Shown: positions 57,082 through 64,000 of the stretch, piece after piece
Layout of the letters: each line of letters starts with the position of its first letter
Position numbering within the stretch: the first letter of the stretch is position 1
NCBI GenBank assembly: GCA_002788855.1
Contig: PFSB01000006.1
Span: 5,467 to 69,466 of the forward strand
Source of the DNA: Candidatus Roizmanbacteria bacterium CG_4_9_14_0_2_um_filter_38_17
GTDB lineage: Bacteria > Patescibacteriota > Microgenomatia > GCA-00278855
Direction: 5' to 3'
Length of the DNA stretch: 64,000 nt
Position numbers and translations under genes: made by a program
The notes under the pieces: model-generated
The model's database searches: none
The model's input: only the letters and a program-made list of their open reading frames with translations
Told to the model about the DNA's origin: nothing

Positions 57082-58328
57082 AGTTTAAATTAGCGCCATT
57101 ATTAATATTTCTTACAGTTTTTATTGTCTATTTTGGGTTGGGGACAAAATGGACGTTTGAGTCATTATGGGCACTGGATTATTTCAATAATCTAGCGGAA
57201 TCACTATTACAAGGGAAATTGAATATTTCAGAACCAGGAAGTACTTATGACTTAGTGCTATTCCAGGGAGGTTGGTATCTGCCCTGGGGAGCTTTAGTGG
57301 GGTTGTTATTTATCCCCATGCAGTTAATAAAAGGGGGTTACGTTCCGTCTATATATTTAAATGTTCTTATATCGAGTTTGGATGTTGTATTGTTCTATCT
57401 GATTCTAAAGCGCTTTAGAAGAAGCTATTTTCCAGAGTTGGATAAAGTAGCTATCTGGCTAGCAACTGCTTTATTTGCATTTGGTACTACGCATTTTTAT
57501 GTTGGTACTTTGGGAAGCTCCTGGCATACAGATCAGATGATATCTAGTTTTTTTGGTACCGCTGGGATATATATGATTCTGCATGACAAGCGCGGGTTCA
57601 AAGATTATCTATTAGCAAGTATCTGTTTTAGCATCTCGCTTATAGGCAAAGGGACCATTATTATGTTGGGTACTTTGCCAGCGATACTTTATTTCTGGGA
57701 TTTGTATCAAGGTCAGATGAAATTTAAACTAGGTCGTTTTATATTGCTGATTATGCCTGTGGCATTATTTTCGGTTCTGTTTTTGTCTCATAATTATTTG
57801 CGATTTGGCGATCCTCTTGAATACGGTTATTCATATATTAAAGAAGCTCCATACTTAGAGCAGAGGAGGGTGGAACATGATGCTTTTTCGCTGAAGCATG
57901 TTTCTTATAATTTGCACTATATGTTACTTGAAGCACCGAGGTTTAGCTGGAATGAAGGGATTAAAATGGATATTAACTTAAAAGGTAACTCAATATTGTT
58001 ATTAACCCCCTCACTATTTTTTATGTTTCTAGCTCATCCGTTTCGTAGGTTTAAGAACAAGGAATTTAGAGCTGTGCTATCTGCCCTGTGGATAACGATG
58101 TTGTTTACTATTTTACCCAGTCTAATGGTCTATAGCACTGGCTGGATGCAGTTTGGCTATCGATACAGCTTGGATATAACTGCCATATTAGTTTTACTAT
58201 CTATTGTAGGCTTGCAAAGCACATTCCAGGAATGTGTATCACATTCCAGGAATGTGTCAATACTATATAGCTTAGGGATAATGGCAGCAGTATATATGCA
58301 CTACCTTGGAATCACAGCACTCCAATGA
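57078..58328 (+). CDS. Probable GT-C membrane protein
   Basis: DYF..LA...L.G.L, DL....G..Y..W, NY.RFG.P.E.GY, QFGYRY..D; polytopic. Confidence 0.65.
   Translation: MKFKLAPLLIFLTVFIVYFGLGTKWTFESLWALDYFNNLAESLLQGKLNISEPGSTYDLVLFQGGWYLPWGALVGLLFIPMQLIKGGYVPSIYLNVLISSLDVVLFYLILKRFRRSYFPELDKVAIWLATALFAFGTTHFYVGTLGSSWHTDQMISSFFGTAGIYMILHDKRGFKDYLLASICFSISLIGKGTIIMLGTLPAILYFWDLYQGQMKFKLGRFILLIMPVALFSVLFLSHNYLRFGDPLEYGYSYIKEAPYLEQRRVEHDAFSLKHVSYNLHYMLLEAPRFSWNEGIKMDINLKGNSILLLTPSLFFMFLAHPFRRFKNKEFRAVLSALWITMLFTILPSLMVYSTGWMQFGYRYSLDITAILVLLSIVGLQSTFQECVSHSRNVSILYSLGIMAAVYMHYLGITALQ
58220..58257. repeat. Direct doublet (20-bp period) of the 17-bp palindrome CACATTCCAGGAATGTG, in-frame
   Basis: cacattccaggaatgtgt at both 58220 and 58240; encodes STFQECVSHSRNV. 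Confidence 0.88.
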
Positions 58329-59704
58329 AGCAAAAAATTATTAAATATTTTCCGCTTATCATTGTCTTACTTTTTGCTATTTTTGTATCAAGACATTTAT
58401 TATTACCCGGATTTGTTCCTACGCATGATGGGGAGTATCATATTATCCGTTTCTGGCAGTTTGATAAGGTTATACGCTCAGGTAACCTATTCCCGCTCTG
58501 GGCACCTGACCTGGATTTTGGTAAAGGTGTACCTATCTTCGCATACTTTTACCCACTGCCTAACTATATAGCTGAAGTATTTATTCTTCTGGGATTTTCG
58601 TATGTAAAAAGCCTGCATTTGGTATTGGCCAGTGGCTTAGTTTTCTCTGCAGTCTCTTTTTATCTATGGACTAGGACTTTATTTGGTCGATGGGCAGGGC
58701 TTGTGGGGGCAGTATTTTATACTTTGGCGCCTTATCATTTGGTCGATGTATTTGTGCGTGGTTCGGTTGGGGAAGTATGGTCGCTTGCACTAGCTCCTCT
58801 ATGTTTATTTTTTACAACCAAACTTGTAACTAATCGTAAGTATGTAGTGTTAAATAGTATATTCCTTTACCTGCTTTTGCTATCACACAATATATTAGGT
58901 CCTGTATTTTTTGTATTTTGCCTTGTCTATGGATTACTATTTTTACACAAAGCTAAAAAGACAAAACCCACTCCTGGAGTGGGTTTCTTGTTGTTGCTTA
59001 GCTATTTTCTGGGTTTTATTTTATCTTTGTATTTCTGGTTACCAATAATTTTAGATCGAAGCTATGTTACCGGACTTGAAACTGTAAATATTATTGATCA
59101 CTTTCCAGAAATTTATAAACTTATTTTTCCCTCCTGGGGTACGGGGTTTTCAGGGAGAGGATATAGTGCAGATCAAATGAGCTTTCAAATTGGAATTGCA
59201 CATATTCTTGCATTCGTGGCTGTGATATTGCTACTCATTAAAAAGAAACTCAAAAGCTCTCTAGTTAAGTATATGTTAATTTCTTTTCTTATCTCCGTAT
59301 GGTTAATGCTTGATGTTTCATCTTTTATTTGGCAAAAAATAACATGGATGAGCTATTTTCAGTTTCCCTGGAGGTTGTTGTCTGTGGTAATTATTACAAC
59401 TTCATTTATGGCTGGATATGTATCTCGTAGATCAAGAATTATTTCTGCTGTGCTGATAATTATGGCAGTATTATTATATTTACCCTATACTAGGCCGGTT
59501 GTTTATGAGCCAAGGGATGACTCATTTTATTTAAGTAATCCAACCTGGACAGAAGGTACAGCTACAACAGGGAATGTTTTTAGGGCTAAATCTGAAAGTA
59601 GAGATCAAATAAATAATTCTTTAGCAAGGACATCTGGGAGTATAATTTCGATAATTGGTTTGTTAACGTTAATACTAATTAAAGTTAAGAACAATGAAAT
59701 ATAA
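58325..59704 (+). CDS. GT-C-like membrane protein (PTPS-related subfamily) lacking the C-terminal YFPGW domain
   Basis: THDG.YH..R, P.W..DL..G.G.P.F, RGSVGE, SHN, QFPWR; about 45-100 aa shorter than its paralogs. Confidence 0.78.
   Translation: MKQKIIKYFPLIIVLLFAIFVSRHLLLPGFVPTHDGEYHIIRFWQFDKVIRSGNLFPLWAPDLDFGKGVPIFAYFYPLPNYIAEVFILLGFSYVKSLHLVLASGLVFSAVSFYLWTRTLFGRWAGLVGAVFYTLAPYHLVDVFVRGSVGEVWSLALAPLCLFFTTKLVTNRKYVVLNSIFLYLLLLSHNILGPVFFVFCLVYGLLFLHKAKKTKPTPGVGFLLLLSYFLGFILSLYFWLPIILDRSYVTGLETVNIIDHFPEIYKLIFPSWGTGFSGRGYSADQMSFQIGIAHILAFVAVILLLIKKKLKSSLVKYMLISFLISVWLMLDVSSFIWQKITWMSYFQFPWRLLSVVIITTSFMAGYVSRRSRIISAVLIIMAVLLYLPYTRPVVYEPRDDSFYLSNPTWTEGTATTGNVFRAKSESRDQINNSLARTSGSIISIIGLLTLILIKVKNNEI
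58964..58986. repeat. 23-bp palindrome AAACCCACTCC-T-GGAGTGGGTTT, in-frame
   Basis: Perfect 11-bp arms around a CCWGG centre; encodes KPTPGVGF. Confidence 0.8.
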
Positions 59705-60794
59705 GATAATAACTGCTATTTTAATGCTGCTCATGCTAGCTGGTTTAATAAGGGAAATAAGCCAGATAAATTTTAGATCAGAGTATAAAACAGATGTTTA
59801 TAAAAAAGTATATGAACAGTCACAGTATAGGAACGGACAGGGGTTAATAGGGGATCATATAGTTTATCTATATGCGGCTGGCTCACTTATGGAGGGAGGA
59901 AATCCGCTTAAAATTAATCCTGAAGTTCCACCTCTAGGGGAATACATGATTGGGCTATCTATCTTGTTATTTAACAATCCTAATTACACTGTCGTTGCTG
60001 CATCAATTCTTATTCTTTTTGCTTTGTTTTTATTGGGTAATAAGCTGTATAAGAAGCCAGCGCTTGCTCTAATACCCGTCTCACTATTTGGACTGGAACG
60101 TCTGTTTTTGGATCAGCTTAAATTACCTCTTCTGGATATAATTCAATTACCGTTTATATTATTAGCCTTTTACTTTTTCTTTTGCTCAGTTACCACAAAT
60201 CAAAAACGATACTATTTAGCGACTGGTCTGGTGCTGGGATTTGTTATTGGTATTAAAGTTATGATTACGGGGGTTTTAATGGTTATTGCTTGGATGGTTT
60301 ACTTATTTATAGCTCGCAATTGGAGGAGTATCAGAGACTTAGTGTTTTTAACGTTACCAACAGCCTTTGCAGTTCTTGTAGTGTCTTATCTAAGAATATT
60401 TATCTATGGAGTTAGCTTCTGGTATTTTCTCTTAGTACAAAAATGGGTATTGTTGTATCAGCAAGGTAAGATTCAGTACCCTTTTTCTGCCTGGAAATTG
60501 CTTTTGTTTAACCAGTGGCAAGCTTGGTGGGGAGATTACAGTATTTTGCATACAGTAGATTGGCGCATAACCTGGCCTATTATTACTCTGATGAGCTTTT
60601 TCTTTATCTTGTATAAGCTGGTCAAAAAGGAGACTTGGAGTGAAATGGAGGGGATAATTACAGCATGGGTAGTAGTGTTTAGTGGTTTTATCTCACTAGG
60701 AACTATCAGCACGCGCCACCTTCTGCCTTTCTTGCCTTTTCTTTATTTGTTGAGCTTTAAATTCATCTATAGGTTTATAGATAAGCATAAGTGA
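59694..60794 (+). CDS. GT-C membrane glycosyltransferase (PMT-like)
   Basis: D...Y.YA......G.NP...NPE.PPLG.Y.IG.S..LF, LLD, G.....K, R..LP. Confidence 0.72.
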   Translation: MKYKIITAILMLLMLAGLIREISQINFRSEYKTDVYKKVYEQSQYRNGQGLIGDHIVYLYAAGSLMEGGNPLKINPEVPPLGEYMIGLSILLFNNPNYTVVAASILILFALFLLGNKLYKKPALALIPVSLFGLERLFLDQLKLPLLDIIQLPFILLAFYFFFCSVTTNQKRYYLATGLVLGFVIGIKVMITGVLMVIAWMVYLFIARNWRSIRDLVFLTLPTAFAVLVVSYLRIFIYGVSFWYFLLVQKWVLLYQQGKIQYPFSAWKLLLFNQWQAWWGDYSILHTVDWRITWPIITLMSFFFILYKLVKKETWSEMEGIITAWVVVFSGFISLGTISTRHLLPFLPFLYLLSFKFIYRFIDKHK

Positions 60795-60813
60795 GTATCT
60801 CCTCCCTATTTTT

Positions 60814-60822
60814 TGGTAAAAT
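60814..60822 (+). promoter_or_regulatory. Extended -10 promoter (TGGTAAAAT) 6 nt upstream of ATG 60829
   Basis: TGGTAAAAT-gaatgg-ATG in an intergenic gap. Confidence 0.6.
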
Positions 60823-60828
60823 GAATGG

Positions 60829-61887
60829 ATGTCGAAGATTGCTATTTCTACATCTGCTTTAAAGACGGGTTACCGTTTTCAGGGCACAGGTAACTATATT
60901 AGCCATCTGGTAGATGGACTTAAAGAGTTAAACGACGGGAATAAATACTATCCGTATACGCAAGATGAAAAATGTCCTGCTGTAGACATTGTCCACATTC
61001 CTTACTTTTCGCCATTTATGGTAACTTTGCCTTATATAAAGCCGGCAAAAAAGCTTATAGTGACAGTTCATGATTTAACTCCTGTGGTTTATGATAACTT
61101 TTTCTCTGCCGGGGTTCGAGGAAAATATAATTGGTATCTACAGAAGTTTTTATTGAAGCACAATATTGACCATGTGTTGGCTGATTCAAGTTCTTCAAAA
61201 GATGAAGTCTTGAGTCACTTAAACCTTGAGAATGATAAGGTCTCGGTAGTATATCTAGCAGCGGACCGCAGGTATACTAAGCTACAGGATAAACCCAAGG
61301 TATTAGCAAATATGCAGAAGAAATACAATCTACCTGAGAAGTTTGTGCTTTATGTAGGCGATGTGCTCTGGAGTAAAAACCTACCGTCATTAATAGAGGC
61401 AGTTAAAGAGATTAACGTGACGCTTGTGTTAGTAGGCAAGCAGTTTGTCGACGAAGCAATCGATCTTGCTCATCCCTGGAATATTGATCTAGCTAAAGTG
61501 AGACAGGTTATAAAAGGAGATAGACGTTATATAACATTAGGATTTGTTCCAGATGAGGATCTAGTTGAGCTATACAATGTTGCTACGCTGTATTGTCAGC
61601 CTTCCCACAGCGAGGGATTTGGAATTCCGGTGTTAGAAGCAATGAGTTGTGGATGTCCTGTGGTTGTATCGGACGCAGGCTCTCTGCCAGAGGTAGCGGG
61701 TGAAGCAGGAGTATATGTAGATCCAGCGGACGTACGAAGCATTGCCGATGGGATTGGTGAACTATACTTTAATCAGAAAAAGAATGAAATACATAGAGTA
61801 AAAGCCCTAGAACAAGCACAGAAATTTAGCTGGGAAAAGACCGTAAACCAAACAGTTGCTATTTATAATAAATTAATAGATGCGTGA
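60829..61887 (+). CDS. GT4 glycosyltransferase (MtfB/WbaZ-like mannosyltransferase group)
   Basis: G.G.Y, TVHDL.P, LYVG....KN, GFV.DEDL..LY, PS..EGFG.P.LEAM.CG.PVV.S..SLPEV. Confidence 0.92.
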   Translation: MSKIAISTSALKTGYRFQGTGNYISHLVDGLKELNDGNKYYPYTQDEKCPAVDIVHIPYFSPFMVTLPYIKPAKKLIVTVHDLTPVVYDNFFSAGVRGKYNWYLQKFLLKHNIDHVLADSSSSKDEVLSHLNLENDKVSVVYLAADRRYTKLQDKPKVLANMQKKYNLPEKFVLYVGDVLWSKNLPSLIEAVKEINVTLVLVGKQFVDEAIDLAHPWNIDLAKVRQVIKGDRRYITLGFVPDEDLVELYNVATLYCQPSHSEGFGIPVLEAMSCGCPVVVSDAGSLPEVAGEAGVYVDPADVRSIADGIGELYFNQKKNEIHRVKALEQAQKFSWEKTVNQTVAIYNKLIDA

Positions 61888-63142
61888 AAGACTTCATAGG
61901 AGCCTAGCTAACCCTCTACTAACTGGAAGTTTTCTGGTTAGCGTGGGACTTACTGTTGGTAACATATTTAATTATCTCTACCATGTAAGCATGGGTAGAA
62001 TGCTTACCCCAGCACATTACGGCGTGCTGACGGCTTTAATTTCTTTTATGAGTATCTTTGGTGTGTTTGCCGCAACAATGACAACAGTTGTGGCTAAATT
62101 TGTCTCTAAGTATAGGGTACAGGATAATAGTAGTGATATTGCTCATCTACTTAGACAGCTAATTAGACGTATCGGGTTGCTAGTATTGGTGGTGGTTGTT
62201 TTATCACAGTTTATTGTTGCACCAATTGCGTCTTTCTTGCACATAGAAGATGGTATTTTAATTAATCTAACAATCGTAGGAATATTACTTGCCATATTGG
62301 TTGCAATTAACAGTGGGGCGTTACAAGGGCTTTTGAAGTTTAAAATTATGGCGCTCTTTGGAGCCAGTGGAAGCATTTTGCGGCTGGTACTGGCATTGAC
62401 ACTTGTATATTTAGGTTTTGGGTTAAGGGGTGCGGCAGTTGGTTTTTTTCTCGCATATCTTATTCCATATTTACTAACTTTTTTCCCACTTGGTAGTTAT
62501 ATTTTTCGGAAAGAAAGCCGTAAACAGATTCAATATGGACCTCTTATAAAATATTCGCTACCTTCATTCGTAGCCCTGGTTGGCTTAAGTATGCTTTTGA
62601 GTATGGATATTATTTTAGTAAAGCATTTTTTCACAGATACTGATGCAGGTCGCTATTCAGCTCTTTCGGTGATAGGAAGAGTTATCTTTTTTGCCACTAG
62701 TTCAATTAGTATGGTTATGTTTCCCATCATTGCGGGCAAGTTTGAGCAAGGAAAAGATCATACTAAGACATTTTTAGTGAGTCTATTATTGGTTTTTGGA
62801 GCTGGCTCGTTTGCGACTCTTGTGTACTTTATATTTCCACAGGCTTTAATTCAGCTGTTCTATAACAATCCAAGCTATCTTGTGGAGATGCATAATCTGG
62901 GTCTAATGGGATTATTCTTTTTTATATATAGCTTAGTGGCGCTTTTTATCCAGTATTATCTGTCTATTTCGCGCACGAAAATAGTGTTAACTTCTGTAGT
63001 AGCTAGCATATTGCAGGTGATATTGATCTGGAATTTTCACATAAGCCTAAGACACGTTATAATATCTTCAATAACCGCTGAGGGCCTACTATTAATATTG
63101 CTAGTAGGATACTATCTAGTTAGGGTTCATAATGAAAAATAA
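61880..63142 (+). CDS. wzx: Wzx-type oligosaccharide flippase
   Basis: N..NY......GR.L.P..YG, G.LQG...F, D...VKHFF....AG.Y.A, V.FP; about 12 TM segments. Confidence 0.85.
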   Translation: MRERLHRSLANPLLTGSFLVSVGLTVGNIFNYLYHVSMGRMLTPAHYGVLTALISFMSIFGVFAATMTTVVAKFVSKYRVQDNSSDIAHLLRQLIRRIGLLVLVVVVLSQFIVAPIASFLHIEDGILINLTIVGILLAILVAINSGALQGLLKFKIMALFGASGSILRLVLALTLVYLGFGLRGAAVGFFLAYLIPYLLTFFPLGSYIFRKESRKQIQYGPLIKYSLPSFVALVGLSMLLSMDIILVKHFFTDTDAGRYSALSVIGRVIFFATSSISMVMFPIIAGKFEQGKDHTKTFLVSLLLVFGAGSFATLVYFIFPQALIQLFYNNPSYLVEMHNLGLMGLFFFIYSLVALFIQYYLSISRTKIVLTSVVASILQVILIWNFHISLRHVIISSITAEGLLLILLVGYYLVRVHNEK

Positions 63143-63929
63143 CAAACTCTCCATTATTGTCCCAGCCTATCGACAAGGTGATACTTTAGTTAAGAACATA
63201 CGAAAAATTACATCTGTTCTTGAAGAAGTAGCGCCAAATGCCTATGAGGTTATTGTTGTTGAAGATGGTAAACTAGATAATTCGTTTGAGTTATTAGAAA
63301 AGGCGAATATTCCTCACGTTAAAATAGCAGGTTACGGCAGTAATCATGGTAAAGGTTACGCTGTCCGTTATGGTATGGCGCGAAGTACAGGTGATATTAT
63401 TGGCTTTATTGATGCTGGTGCGGATTTAGATCCAAAGGGGCTAAAGATACTTCTTGTGCATATGGAGTGGTATGGGGCAGATATTATCGTGGGAAGTAAG
63501 TGGCATCCTGTTTCTAGGGTAAAGTATCCTTGGTGGAGAAAAATTATTTCTAAAGTATATGGACTCTATGTAAAACTTCTTTTTGGACTAGATATTAGCG
63601 ATACTCAGTTAGGTATGAAGTTTTTTCGTAGAGAAGTACTGGAGAAAGTACTTCCAAGGTTGTTAGTAAAGAAGTATGCAATGGATATTGAGCTTCTAGC
63701 AGTGGCAAACAGGGTAGGATTTACCCGGATTTATGAAGCGCCAATAGAGCTTGATTGGAGCCAAATAGATAGTCAGATCTCAAAGAATATATATAGGTCG
63801 ATCTGGGATATGGCTTTGGATACGCTTGCCGTATTCTATAGACTTAAGATCCTTCATTACTATGATGATTCTAGTAAGCGCAAATGGCGTTATGATAAAG
63901 ATCTTCAAATGAAGGTAAATATAGGATGA
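63132..63929 (+). CDS. GT2 polyprenyl-phosphate glycosyltransferase (Alg5/DPM-like)
   Basis: VPAY, VV.DG..D, N.GKGYAVRYG, FIDA..DL.P, GSK.HP.S, DTQ.G.K, D.ELL. Confidence 0.88.
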   Translation: MKNNKLSIIVPAYRQGDTLVKNIRKITSVLEEVAPNAYEVIVVEDGKLDNSFELLEKANIPHVKIAGYGSNHGKGYAVRYGMARSTGDIIGFIDAGADLDPKGLKILLVHMEWYGADIIVGSKWHPVSRVKYPWWRKIISKVYGLYVKLLFGLDISDTQLGMKFFRREVLEKVLPRLLVKKYAMDIELLAVANRVGFTRIYEAPIELDWSQIDSQISKNIYRSIWDMALDTLAVFYRLKILHYYDDSSKRKWRYDKDLQMKVNIG

Positions 63930-64000
63930 AGGTTCATTTCATAATCTTGATGTTTGTGATTTGGAGGGTTAGTCTTGAGTTCTGGCGATGGGTTGGTGAG
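63926..64000 (+). CDS. Start of a further membrane-protein gene, cut by the window edge
   Basis: ATGA overlap with the previous stop; reads MKVHFIILMFVIWRVSLEFWRWVGE, open to base 64000. Confidence 0.55.
   Translation, partial: MKVHFIILMFVIWRVSLEFWRWVGE

Noticed and set aside
56087-58257. Repeated palindromes considered as a CRISPR array
   Set aside because: Only doublets, 17-bp units, no 25-45 bp unique spacers, located inside CDS, and no cas genes.
195-62376. Numerous 60-143 aa ORFs antisense to or nested in the long genes (e.g. 1694-2125, 26813-27199, 35061-35417)
   Set aside because: They lie within well-supported genes and have no recognisable motifs; these are shadow ORFs.
1-64000. 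Prophage, IS element, integrase, tRNA or rRNA
   Set aside because: No such motifs were seen, and the intergenic gaps (all about 100 bp or less) show no structured RNA gene.

Overview
The whole 64 kb window is one densely packed cell-surface glycosylation locus that is open at both ends. It is AT-rich, almost all on the + strand, and most genes overlap their neighbours (often ATGA/GTGA). It has about 52 CDS. These are a nucleotide-sugar block (rmlA, a cupin, rmlB, rmlD, ugd, gmd-like), 11 GT2 enzymes (6 resembling polyprenol-phosphate sugar synthases), 2 GT4, 2 Wzx-type flippases, a SAM methyltransferase, two small exported proteins, and about 27 polytopic GT-C-like membrane glycosyltransferases plus one membrane-protein gene cut by the window edge. 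The GT-C-like proteins fall into several paralogous subfamilies (ArnT/PMT-like, YfhO-like, PTPS-related/YfhO-like, MptA/GT87-like, DUF2079). Gene content and style suggest Patescibacteria/CPR (Microgenomates-like); this is inference. Family calls come from motif recognition by eye, not database searches. Other signals: short REP-like palindromes and 7-bp tandem repeats sitting in-frame inside genes (three account for exactly 21-nt insertions relative to paralogs), a DUF2079 gene broken by two +1 homopolymer frameshifts, leaderless and bidirectional -10 promoter candidates, a Ugd with an NADP-type signature, and a near-identical DNA tract shared by two YfhO paralogs. I saw no rRNA, tRNA, CRISPR array or transposase.
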